Shown here: positions 40,241 to 53,678 of the stretch, one piece after another
Layout: each line of letters opens with the position of its first letter
How positions within the stretch are numbered: position 1 is the first letter of the stretch
Assembly: GCF_001194135.2 (NCBI RefSeq)
Contig: NC_068997.1
Coordinates: forward strand, 55,582,530-55,646,529
Reading direction: 5' to 3'
From: Octopus bimaculoides
Taxonomy: Eukaryota
DNA: 64,000 nucleotides
Made by a program: the position numbers and the translations under genes
Notes under the pieces: model-generated
What the model saw: the letters and a program-made list of their open reading frames with translations, nothing else
The model's database searches: none
Told to the model about the DNA's origin: nothing

Positions 40241-40737
40241 ATATACAAGCATCACATAATTTGCTCTTCACTCACAAAAACAATCCTTTTGTTGCTGGCA
40301 GAAAAAATAATTCCATGAAACATTTTCATCCTAATTTTTTTGTTACTCTGGTTACTATGGATTTGATATGATCCCTCTTGTTACTGATCCCTCTTGTTAC
40401 ATACTCATGTATGTAACAGGAGCTGTTAACTATTTATAGGGAGACTTCTAGTTATGTGAAGGTATCCATTTGATGGGTGGTCTTCTTGCTCACCACTCTT
40501 CAACATCTGCCATTTACAAAGACCCTGACTAAAGAACAGAGTTTATGTAGATGGACAGACAGATAAAAGGAGAGATATGTATCTGCAGATGTATGTATAC
40601 ATACATGCATGCATGCACACACACACATGCACACACGTGCACGAGCGCACAAATGAATATACATATATAAGCATATATATTCATTTATATGTATGTGTAT
40701 GTATACATATATTTACACATACACACATGTATGTATG

Positions 40738-40769
<32 letters not shown>

Positions 40770-41411
40770 CATATACATATGCATAGACATATATTATATA
40801 CACACACACATAAACACAAATACACCCCAACACATATATGTATCTACACATACATACACATATACATACATGTTTATACACACACACACACATACAAACA
40901 TATTCATTTCTACATACTCTCACAAACACGTATATGAAGAGAGAGAAAGAAAGAGAGAGAAAGAAAGAGATAGAAAGAAAGAGAGATAGAGAAAGAAAGA
41001 GAGAGAGAGAGAGAAGTGGAGAAGAAAGAAAGAGAGACATGAAGTGGTCAATAGATCCTATAGGTAAACATACAGAGATAATGCTTCTATTTCCGTATCT
41101 GCTGCCTCCTCTTGAGAGAGACATTTTTTTCTCTTGGCAACCAGAACTGAAGTGAGAGAGAGAGAGAGAAGAGTAGAAAAGAGAGAGGGGAGAAAGAGAG
41201 AAAATTAGGAGAACAATTACCTCATGTAGGTGTTAATGGCTTCTAATTAGGTTTTGATTATCATTTTATTTCATTTCCATGAAATTATGACGATATACTT
41301 ATGTACATACAAACACACACACACGCATATATATATATATATGTATGTATGTATATATACATGGATATGTTTGCATATATATATACATATATATATATAC
41401 ATGGATATTTA

Positions 41412-41457
<46 letters not shown>

Positions 41458-42253
41458 NNNNNNNNNNNNNNNNNNNNNNNNNNNNNNNNNNNNNNNNNNN
41501 NNNNNNNNNNNNNNNNNNNNNNNNNNNNNNNNNNNNNNNNNNNNNNNNNNNNNNNNNNNNNNNNNNNNNNNNNNNNNNNNNNNNNNNNNNNNNNNNNNNN
41601 NNNNNNNNNNNNNNNNNNNNNNNNNNNNNNNNNNNNNNNNNNNNNNNNNNNNNNNNNNNNNNNNNNNNNNNNNNNNNNNNNNNNNNNNNNNNNNNNNNNN
41701 NNNNNNNNNNNNNNNNNNNNNNNNNNNNNNNNNNNNNNNNNNNNNNNNNNNNNNNNNNNNNNNNNNNNNNNNNNNNNNNNNNNNNNNNNNNNNNNNNNNN
41801 NNNNNNNNNNNNNNNNNNNNNNNNNNNNNNNNNNNNNNNNNNNNNNNNNNNNNNNNNNNNNNNNNNNNNNNNNNNNNNNNNNNNNNNNNNNNNNNNNNNN
41901 NNNNNNNNNNNNNNNNNNNNNNNNNNNNNNNNNNNNNNNNNNNNNNNNNNNNNNNNNNNNNNNNNNNNNNNNNNNNNNNNNNNNNNNNNNNNNNNNNNNN
42001 NNNNNNNNNNNNNNNNNNNNNNNNNNNNNNNNNNNNNNNNNNNNNNNNNNNNNNNNNNNNNNNNNNNNNNNNNNNNNNNNNNNNNNNNNNNNNNNNNNNN
42101 NNNNNNNNNNNNNNNNNNNNNNNNNNNNNNNNNNNNNNNNNNNNNNNNNNNNNNNNNNNNNNNNNNNNNNNNNNNNNNNNNNNNNNNNNNNNNNNNNNNN
42201 NNNNNNNNNNNNNNNNNNNNNNNNNNNNNNNNNNNNNNNNNNNNNNNNNNNNN
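41458..42253. other. Largest assembly gap (N run) flanked by (TA)n
   Basis: N run. Other gaps near 1024, 5369, 14647, 16912, 27010, 29429, 33321, 36915 and 56291; exons could be hidden in any of them. Confidence 0.98.
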
Positions 42254-42295
<42 letters not shown>

Positions 42296-43126
42296 GGATA
42301 TGTATGCATATATATATATACATATTTATATATATGCATATATAGGTATATGCATGTAAGTATATATACTTAACATACATATGTATATACTATTATATCA
42401 TATAATATATTATATTGCATTATATCATATTGGGATATATGTGCTCCATCTATAAACTTGCAACTTTTCTGCCAATAAAAAATATATGTCCATATATTGA
42501 GTTCTATTTCTCCTGTTTGTTCCACTACATGCGCGTGTGTCTATGTGTGTGTGTGTGTGTTTGTGTGTGAATCTGTGTGTTTGTGTAATGTTACAATGGA
42601 GACTGCATCGATAGGAGAGACCTCTATTGAATGAGATTCTGATTTCTTGTTGCTCTCACTCTTTTTAATCTATTCAGTGATTTCCCATCACTACTTCAGC
42701 AAGTACAATGAAGTCTATGCTTTACAAAAGAGATCTAATGAGACTGAAACATAATCACAGTTATCTCCCTTACCAAAATTATCAAAATAATATTAATCCC
42801 TTATTTTTTCCTTACCATATAATTTTTTTTTAATCAGATATTTCTTGCACACTATATTGAATATATTAACACTAATTTAATCACATGGGGTATGCTTAGA
42901 TGTTGGTTTTCTTTTGTATCATTCACCAATTAGGTGAATGACATAGCAGTTTTGTCATTGCATTATAAATACTTTCTGTCAAGTAATACCTTATAAAAAA
43001 TGCCTTGCAATTTATATTAAGAGTAGCTTCTACAAGCCAATATATTGCTTTCTATGGTTTAGAAAATCCATACTGCTCTTTTGGGCTTCACAGATTGGTG
43101 GTACAAAGAATGCAAGTTATTCTTAA

Positions 43127-43290
43127 CCCTTTTATTGACCCGTTTCTGTTGAAATACACTGCCTTGACTAATCAATTGTGAAAGTAATGATGAATTTAAT
43201 AAACTAAATTCGTTTAATAAACTGGCATTTGGAAAATAAATGAGCATGAAATTTTGATGGAATTTTTATTTCAAATTGCTTTAAAATAGG
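43127..43290 (+). mobile_element. Left arm of the same piggyBac-like MITE family
   Basis: TTAA|CCCTTTTATTGACCCGTTTCTGTTGAAATACACTG matches the 24270 TIR. Confidence 0.6.
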
Positions 43291-43335
43291 ACATGAGAGT
43301 ATTGTAGTTCGCTTGAAGCATTGTGTATTGTTTGC

Positions 43336-43634
43336 AAAGAATGAAATGTTTCGAATGGTACAACAATGCACTATATGCCTGTTGTGATTTAACCATCCAT
43401 AGTCTGATAATATTTTGGAATAAAATTCCTTCCTCAGATATCCCTAGGAATTGATGGAGTTGCTGCTATAACTGGTTTATACTGATTATAGCAGTGATTC
43501 TATCTAAGAATATCTGAGGAAGGAATTTTATTCCAAAATATCATCAGACTATGGATGGTTAAATCACAACAGGCATATAGCCCACTGTTTGTAATATAGT
43601 GCATTGTTGTAGCATTCGAAACATTTCATTCTTT
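43336..43634. repeat. Fold-back with ~105-bp arms and a 68-nt partly paired spacer
   Basis: 43336-43441 is the reverse complement of 43510-43634 apart from a few substitutions and a short insertion in the right arm. Confidence 0.9.
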
Positions 43635-46523
43635 AAAATAGGAATTTTTTTTATAGAACTATAGCCAGAGTCTGGTGCCTTGAAATCAAAAAGGCTAACT
43701 AAGAAAGTTCTGGCCCAAGTTTCAAAATGGACTCTTTCACTAAAGGCCCATAAGGACCAGATGTTTGTGTTAAACTGAGCAATAGATTAAGCCTGTTGCT
43801 CCATATGCACATGGCTTGATGGTTAGGGTGTTACACTCATGATCAACAGATTCTAGGTTTGATTCCTAGATTGGGCTGCTTGTCATGTTCTTTAGCAAAA
43901 CATTTAATTTCATGTTGCTCTAGTGCTGTTTGGGGACTGGCATGCCAAAGAATAGGCCCAACATTTCTTCTGTGTGCTGTAAAAGATGACGAAAAGAGGT
44001 CAGGTAGGATTTGTACTTTGACCTCATAAAACACACACCAGTACTGAGCACCCAGACAGAGCCCTACATGGGAGGTTTGTCATTCAACAAATGGAAGATG
44101 TACCAATGCGTTGTTACAGGGCATGCCCACATACTACTACAACTGCTACTGCTGCTACTACTACTACAACAAAACAGGAATTGTTTCTCAGACAGGATTC
44201 TGTAAAATGCTACAAATTTTATCAGGTTTTGGTTAAATCTGAGGCTTTGCAAGAAGTCATTTAGCTTGGTGCCATGCATTGAGATGGAACCCAGAATCAC
44301 ATAAGTGCAAAATGAAGTTGTTAATCTCATAGCCAAGTGGGATTATATTAAGTTCTGCTGGTATTAAGACTATGTTGTGTTTCCATTCCTCATCATGACA
44401 ATTTACCATGTTTCCAAGAGTTAAAAAAGTAAAGCAATAAATAATGTCTGAGATTTAATGGTTTTTACATCCAAGCAAATTTCTTTCCACCTCTTTTCAT
44501 TTTTTAATGCCTTACCTTCAAAAACTTCTTATGAATATTTTACCAATTCCTCTCTCTGCCTATCATTGGAATTTTTTAAATATATAAAGAGACAACAACA
44601 GATTGGAATCGGTGAAATATATTTTTTAAGTAGTTAACCAAGACTTTATTGTTGTTTAGTTATCAAAACAATATCTTCAATGCCACTTCAGAAAATTCTT
44701 TGAATTCTTGGTCTCAAAGAATATAATCCATCACTCCATTCGTTGTCTTGCTTAGGAAGCTGAAAACCTATCTCCATAAATCATGCAGTGTTTTTGGAAA
44801 GAATAAAATCTATTTTTCATTTACATATTTGCTTAATCTATATTAAAGGAGACTTTCATACAAAGACAACTTCTTCCATCGTTAATATAATTTCTTCTTT
44901 GATTAATTGAAGCAAACAAATGATGATCCATGCTTTATGTCTTCCTCAGCCTCAAGTATAATTCCATTTAAATCTGGGAAGTTTTATAGAAATTTAAAGA
45001 AGAAAAAAAACCTTCAGTACTTAACTGCTACTTTATTTCCATCCCTTCAAAATGATTAAAGGCAAAGCTGATAGGGATAGGATTTGAACTCAAAATGTAA
45101 AGGTCTGTAATTAGATATATACATACAGTCATGTGCATACATATACATTCCCGCACATAAACATGTTTATACACAGACACACATATGCGTGTGTGTGTGT
45201 GTGTTTGTATGTATGTATATATATATTGTGAGGTTATACAGTCCAGCACAACATGAAATTACAAAATATCAACTATGTTACAAGGCGTGACGAAGTGCTG
45301 AATTATAGAAAACAGATTATTACTTATTATTGATCTGTAAATTGAGGAAAATCTATATGTAATATTGATTTCTTGCTTAAGAACATAGACACTCATTCTT
45401 AGTTGCATGTTAGTGGATTACATCAACCACAGTATTTAACTGGTACTCGTTTGAACTAGAAGGAAAGATGAAGCAATGAGGGAATGTCTAAGTGGACACT
45501 GGAGTTGCTAAAAATAACAGCCAAATCTTACTTAAATCATCTGCTATTGAGGTTAGGAAAAGACATATTAAATGTTACTAATTGGATGGGATTGTCATGG
45601 CTGGATTTTCTTTGATAATAATTCTGTTGATTCAGGTTTAATTTAGGGTTAAAGAATTACAATGACAACATGGTACTAATCCTTCTGAAGTATGAACTAA
45701 AAATGTAAATATGTCCAATGCCCCACATTTTCTATCAATTTACTATTGATGGTGGACTTTCTGTCCATTTATGTTCTGATTTTTTAAATCCTACCAACTT
45801 TACTGTGTCTTACATTCTTCCAGCATCTATATAATAAGAACTAGGCAGAGATTGAGGCCAATTTGAAACTCTGTTACGATCTTAAGAAATCATTAGTTCT
45901 AAATGGGAAAATAAAATCAACCAACAAATAAGGCAGATTCCTAATTAAATGATCAATCACACACAGAATTTCAATTAACCAATCATTGATGTAATCTATT
46001 TAAGGCCTTCTCTAATGAGCTGTGATTGTCGAAAGGATGGTACCTTAGGAAGATAACATGAAGCAGACAAATGAAGGAATGAGCCTAAAATATGGAGGAC
46101 TTCAGGAATTTTGTTAAGTATGAGGATGGCAATGTATGGTGCTTTCATTAGCGGTGGGATGTGCATGGCTTGTGGCTAGATCCACCATTCTTATATGGTT
46201 GGAATCAGACTTAGGAAAGACTGTTCAAAGAACTGGAGAAGGAAATGCAAGGTACTCCACAAAAGCTATGGCAAAGACTTGAAAAATGAAAGAGATAAGT
46301 TGAGAGCAAAGAAGAAATTCTCAGTGGCTTGTAAAACAAAACAATTGTTGAATGATTGGAGTGATTTTAGGAGTAGGTAGCTTTGTACAGAATTAAATGA
46401 ATGATGGGGGGTAAACTGTGCTAGAACAGTGTGAGCCAAATGGTTCCCACATTTCATTGTAGCAGCTAATGTTGCTCAACACCCCTGGATGGAGTATTAC
46501 TGGTGAAAGGTACCAAAATTGTG

Positions 46524-46804
46524 TACATTATTTACATTATTGATATTTTGATGCCATATGCCCGTGGGCATATGGCATAGTGGTTAAGAGCACGGGCTAC
46601 TAACACCAAGATTCCAAGTTCGATTCCAGGCAGTAACCTGAATAATAGTAATAATAATAAAATTGAAAAACACCTTAGGAATAAGAACCCAGGTTCAATT
46701 TTTCCCCAAGACACCTGATGAAGGCTGGAGGGTATATCAGATGAAAGGTTGTGTTAACAACAAACAAGATGAGGACAAATATCCGTCAAAATGTAAATAA
46801 TGTA
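46524..46804 (+). mobile_element. Short element with tRNA-like Pol III head, (AAT)n linker and hammerhead-ribozyme-containing tail
   Basis: A box TGGCATAGTGG 46573-46583, B box GTTCGATTCC 46618-46627, and hammerhead-like GACAC-CTGATGA-A-GGCTG...-GAAA at 46710-46755. Homologous to 18515-18772. Confidence 0.75.
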
Positions 46805-47742
46805 ATTGCAACCCATGCTAGCATGGAAAGCAAACGTTAAACAATGATGAAGGTACCAAAATTGTTAACAGCAGATGAAAAGTGCAAATTCTATGTAACA
46901 CACACACACACACACACACACATGCACATATTTTTTATTTGCGGACTAACAATACTACCAGTACTTTCATGTGGAAATTCATTCCACAATTTTCAAATGA
47001 TCCACTTAAAAATGCTGGCAATCATCATGTCATTCAGAGCGGAAGCAATTTCCGACATTTTAGATTGTTTGAAAATTGTAGAAAATCTTTTCAAATGAAA
47101 CTATCAGTAGCTTTGTTAAACCCCAAATAATACTTATCCACAAAATGCAGTCTTGAGCACTCATTCTCAGTGCGTATACATATATATGTCATAATGTATA
47201 AACTTATTAGAGACAATTCTTTAAGCCTTTATTATCAACTTTACAATGATTTATCATGTAGTTGTCAGTGTTGCTGCAAAAGACATTTTGTACTCTCATA
47301 ATTTAGTGAACCATATACCTATTCTCAAATCTTGCCGAAGCTACCCAAAATTTTTCATCCAAAGGACAATCAATAAAATAGTGATTTGTAACCATTTCCA
47401 GTTAAAATTTCTGATAGGCGCTATACTTACACCTAATGTATGACGTGTTCTTAAATATCCAATGGACTTTAAAAGTTATAGATTTCTTGTCTTCCGTCGT
47501 AATGCAGTTTTAGACTATAACTAGAAATTCTGTTAAATATAGATTTCTTAGCAAGACACATGGCGCCAAAATTTTGCAAGGGAAAGGAAATCGGAACTGT
47601 AATGTTTGTTCCTTTCCCAAAAGCAGTTGTGGCATAACTTAATTGAAATATCTTCAGCAAGCAAGCAAAACCACATCACAAACGTGGTTTACTTTTATTT
47701 CCTGGAAGAACACATCCCTAGTAATATACACACATACATACA

Positions 47743-47846
<104 letters not shown>

Positions 47847-48289
47847 CATGCATACATATATATGTGTGTGTGTGTGTGTCTGTGTGTGTATGCATAAGAA
47901 GAACTAGAAAACATGCCATCCAAACTATGCCAGAAATAACAGGTATAGGAAGATTTACCCAATGTGCTCATATATAAGAAAACAAAGACTAGTGATGTTG
48001 TTGATGTTATTGCTGCTGCTGCTGTTGTTGATTTTGGTGGTGATGGTGGTGGTGGTGGTGGCATTTAACCCCAGGTCAGCTCTGATCTAGCAGATTTCCA
48101 ATCAGAAATATTTCAGCCATGGCTACTGTCCCATTTTTACGTACTTATTCATATTTTTTTTCAAATGTAGTGTATCAAGGATTACACCATTCAATGTGTT
48201 CTTAACATTTCTAAGATGACAGGCTGTGATTTGAAGGAGATTTGATTGTTATTTCTAGGAAGGTATGAACTATATATAGCACTCTCTCC

Positions 48290-48332
<43 letters not shown>

Positions 48333-50278
48333 GTCTGTATGTGTATGCTTTGTTTGAAAGAATGAGAAGACAAACTATGAATGGCAAACAGTAATAGAAA
48401 TATAGTCAACTCTGATTAGAGAGGATGTCGACTACCAAGTGACCTGTGACCTGTCATTATATAAACAAAATACCAAATTACAGTAAACACAATTCTGTAA
48501 GTGGTAGGAATAGTTGTATATGTGTGTGTGTGTAACTGTGAGTTATCTAATATACATATCAATGAAAAAAGCCTCTTTCCATATTACACAAAGTTTATCT
48601 GACATTAGAATGACAAAGCTAATGATGGAAAAAGATGTCCACAACACTCTTAAACGATGGCTTTCTACTATTATGTTTTTATGTAGACAACCAGGAGAAA
48701 TGACTCGGTAGATCATCTCATGTGGATATAGTTTACATTTGGAAGACAGTTAAGGAGTGATTCGAGGTAAAGTTGGCTGCTGTTTCTTGTAGTATTACTA
48801 CAGAATGTGTGTGTGAAAGAAAGAATAATTAACAGACAAAGTGAGAAAGACAAGTAGAGTTCAGTTAACAAGGGATATTATATAAGGAAGAAAAATTAAA
48901 TAAAATAAAAGACAAGGAAAAAAAATGTCGTTTGTGAAGAAAGAAAATCTAAACAGGAAGTTGACTGTTACCAAAGTATTGAATAGTGAATTAGATCAAA
49001 GATTAGAGAAGAATTAGCAGCCGGCACGGACAATATATCATTCTTTGATCATTGGCTGAGAAATAAATAGTGATAAACTTAAGAATATTGTCTGATTGAT
49101 AGATGAATGTTAGGTTTAGATTGTTCAAAGAATACATGGAAGCGAATTGAGACTTTGGCATTTTACATTTGAAGATAAAATTGGCTTAGCAACATAAATG
49201 TATATAGAAATATATACAAAGGCATATGTACACATGGGTTAACATTAGCTTATGAACATACAGGGGCATTGGGAATACAGAGGAAATGTATGTATAAATG
49301 TGCTAAAAGAAATAATAGGCACAGACATGCATGCATACCTACCTACATACAGACCTAACTATATACATACATATATGCATACATGCATAAATACCTACCT
49401 ACATACATTCATACGTACATATATACATACAAACATACGTGCTTACTTATATACAATGGAGTATACATACATAAATACTTACATGTATACACACATACAT
49501 GCATACATACATATATATATATACATACATATATATGCATACATGCATGCATGCATACATACCAGTTCCTTCCTTACAGGAAGACTTGAAATAATTAAAA
49601 ATATAAGAGTACATATATACAGGTTAAAATTGATTTATATAAATATACATCTATATACATATATACACTAAGATGTGATAATATTGGCTTAAGAACATAA
49701 TTGCATACAGAATCAGACACACAAAAACGTTTGTACACACATGTTAAAATTGGTGTATAAATATAAGCTTACACAGAAATACACACAAAACTGTGTGTAC
49801 ATACATGTGCTAACATTGGTTTCTGAAAATAAACACACACAAAAATATAGACAAAACTGTCCGTATACATGTATTTAGGAACATAGATGTATAGAGAAAT
49901 ACACAGAAAAAGCGTGTGCACACATGCAGCTTATGAACACAAACGCACACATGCATACGTATTCACATGTGGTTACACACATAGACAAATCAATAACAAA
50001 GATATTTGTAAGAACTATAATGAATGGAAGAATGACATGTAAACAATTAGGATAGACAGTAGAGCAATTTAGAGAAATCAGAGCTGGCCATTTGAAAGTC
50101 ATACATTGATATGTTAACAATGTAATATCTGTCTAACATATCAAAAGGTTGTGAAAAGCTCACTACATTAAATAAAAGTAGATTAACCCAATCATGACTA
50201 AATAATCTCAATGTTACATGACAAAAGTAAAAAAAAAATAAAATAAAGCATGAGATTTAATCTTGGTTTGTGTGCACA

Positions 50279-50410
50279 AGGCGTGGCTGTGTGGTAAAGA
50301 TGTTTTCTTTGTTACTAAATAGCTTTGTGTTCAACACTACTGTGTGTGTGTGTGCGTGTGTGTGTGTGTGTGTGTTTTTACTTTGGGTAAGTGTCTTTTT
50401 TATCGTAGCT
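50279..50410 (+). mobile_element. SINE family A, head only, with (TG)n insertion
   Basis: GGCGTGGCTGTGTGGTAAAGATG...CTTTGGGTAAGTGTCTT. Confidence 0.65.
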
Positions 50411-51398
50411 TCAAAGTGATGGATGCCATGTCAGTATAAGTCAGGAGATACAAACCCGAAGGGAGCTGTAGCACCAGCATGACCTGGTCCTTGGGTATCA
50501 TTAATAGAATCCATCATGTTTTAAACATGTGTGTCAGGACTCCCAGTTTAAGCATAGCATTCTCCATTTCACCAATCTCAGAACAACAAACTGAGCTGTA
50601 AGCAATGATGTCATTCCCATTTCTCTTCCTCATCAAATCATCAGCTAGCTTTGAAGACAGATGGAATAAGATGACCCTTAATTGAAAAACAAGTAAGGAT
50701 TAGCAACAAGATGGACATCCAGCTGTAAAACAATACTCCAATAATATATTTGCTTAATCCATACCAGTATGGAAAGAGACAAGAGAGCAATAAAAGTAAA
50801 GGAAGCAAATGAAGAAAAGTTGAGCTGCAAGAAAACAAAGTCGATAACTCCATTTTCATTCCCAGTTGTCAGCATTTTGCTTCATTTTGGTTGTGAAGAA
50901 ATTTATTTCACTCAATTTCCCTTCAAATATTTGAAACCTACCTTACTTGAATGATAGCATTTTTATAGCGCTATAGCTCTTACTTTCCTACCTCACTCCC
51001 AAAATTTGATAAATCCACCATTTTGTATTTCAAAACTATAAAGAATGCGAATAATATATTTATTTAATTAAAAATGCTTGGATTTTAGTGTTTGCTGGAA
51101 TATGCTTAGCTTCAATAGAAGATGCCTATCATACAATCTTCCAAATAAAGTATTCTCTGAATGTCTTCAAGTGCCATTTTTCAGAACACACACGCATTTA
51201 CATACATACACACACACATACACAATTGGGAAAGAATTGAATTTAGAGTTTCCATTTCTGTTAGAGATTCTCAATCTCTTAACCAGAATATCATATGAAG
51301 AAATATGGCACCTGCAATCAATTACAGATGCAGTAAAGTGAAATATCGCAGTTATAGACAGTACAGGTATGCACCCACAGACACACACGTATAGATAG

Positions 51399-51468
<70 letters not shown>

Positions 51469-51699
51469 AATATATATATTGATAGATATATGGAGAGATA
51501 GACAGATAGATATGCTTATAGCTATAGTATATCTATATAGATAGAATATGTATAGGTATGGCATATAACATATGCTGAAACAGCATATATAGGGCATAAC
51601 GTATTAATATAAAGCATTTAGATATCATATATAAAAAGTATATATAGACTTAGCATATATGGATACAGCATACAATACATAAAAATAACAGATATTGAT

Positions 51700-51930
51700 G
51701 TGATCTGTTGTCTCCATCGTCTTTCATATTCCATTTCTTGTATTTTAAGATACTCTGGTATCTTGTCACCACCATCTCTAAATTTTTTCCAACTAATCCC
51801 ACTCACCCTTATATAATGTGGGACAGCCATGTATCTCCTCTATAGCAAGACACCTGTCCTTGTTTCTCTATCATACTTTAGCCTCTCAACCCTTAGCATA
51901 AACCCTGTCAAGTTCTCTGCCTGCTTAGTT
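51700..51930 (-). mobile_element. RTE-clade LINE remnant
   Basis: IRVSGISWKKFRD resembles the RTE post-RT R....GW.KFREL motif. Confidence 0.5.
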
Positions 51931-52168
51931 GAGTGTTCTGCAAGCCACTGGGTGGCCTTATGTAAGTGCAGGTGGCATCAAGAAAGTACCCAGTACACAC
52001 TGTGAAATCAATGGTGGTAGGAAGGGCATCTGGCCATAGGAACTATGCCAAAGCTGACACTGAAACTCAATGTGACTCTGCAGCTCACTGGATCCTGTCA
52101 AACCACCCAACCGATGCTAGCCTGGAAGCTGAACATTAAATGATGACAATCTGTGTGTGTGTGTGTAT

Positions 52169-52267
<99 letters not shown>

Positions 52268-53261
52268 CAGAGAGAGACAGAGAGAGAGACATATCATATA
52301 TAGATACCATGTATGTTGACATAGTGCATATATCAGTGTACTGTGTATGGATAGAATTATATCAGCATTGGAAAAGTTTGAGGTTAAACGTACTGTAGTA
52401 AAATCTCATTTCTAATAGATATGAGAGGGGAGCCTCAACATAATTGTTTGGTCTGCTAGAAATAGCAGTTATATAAAGTAGTCAAATCTTCCTCAAATCA
52501 CACTTCACCTCAGAAAAGAAGAGTCATTGGATAATGTAGTACTAGATGCATTATGTTTAAAAGTACAGGTGTGACAGCCACTACTGGAATACCTTTGGCC
52601 ATAATCATGTCTGACCAAGGATCTAGACATCATTAACTGCAACAACAACATACCTCAAATAAAGAAATACATGATTGGTAATGTATGAGAGAGTAATAAG
52701 TCTCCTCACAGCAGGAACCAGGAGTCACTGACCAAATCGTCTTCAAAGAATTGAAATGTAATTTGCTGTCAGTCTCCATCTAAATGCAATCTATTGATGA
52801 AGCAACTCAATTCCAAGACCTGTAAATCTGAAAGCTTTCACAGAACCATGACTGATGTAGAAACTTTTTCCAAAGATCATTGATTTAAAGAATTTTGTAG
52901 CCTTAAGAGTGCAAAGGAAATCAGCAATACCCCTAATGGCATTAATAGTTTTTGAAGAAGGGGAATTGAATTTTGGGATTCGGTTTTCTAAATATAGTCT
53001 GATAGCAAGGCATTTTGTTATAACAAGTCAATTGAATCCTAAAACTGGCTACGATTCTCAATTGAGAATGACAGTTGTAATTAAATAGCCAAATGCTGAG
53101 AAGGAAACTCTACATATATACAGCGTAATTTGGAAGATCACTTTTGATTGTGTATGAATAAATTTTAGTGAAATGGAATAAAAGACATAGTTTACTTGTA
53201 AATGTACTGCAACATCTAATCTAATAACAACAATAATCACACACACATATATATATGTATA

Positions 53262-53373
<112 letters not shown>

Positions 53374-53392
53374 TACAAATATATATATACAT

Positions 53393-53423
<31 letters not shown>

Positions 53424-53427
<4 letters not shown>

Positions 53428-53531
53428 ATCATCAATATACAGGGATTAGCAAGAGTTGCTCCTCCAACATACTGAAATTTCAGTATGTTGGAGAAGCAAC
53501 TCTTGCTAATCCCTGTATATTTATGATTATA
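53424..53531. repeat. Spacerless 108-bp palindrome
   Basis: Symmetric about 53477/53478 (GAAA|TTTC) with two mismatched pairs. Confidence 0.95.
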
Positions 53532-53626
53532 AATGGTTTTACAGATAAAGGTTTTTTCATACCGAACTACTTGGCAAAATTGTTAATTATTAATTTTATT
53601 ACTAATTGACGATTCCCTGCCCTATA

Positions 53627-53678
<52 letters not shown>

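Noticed and set aside
44380-45020. Possible decayed DNA-transposon coding sequence on the minus strand
   Set aside because: No identifiable catalytic motif.
46000-46500. Possible Penelope or LINE remnant directly upstream of the hammerhead element
   Set aside because: Composition is suggestive, but I could not read a diagnostic RT motif.
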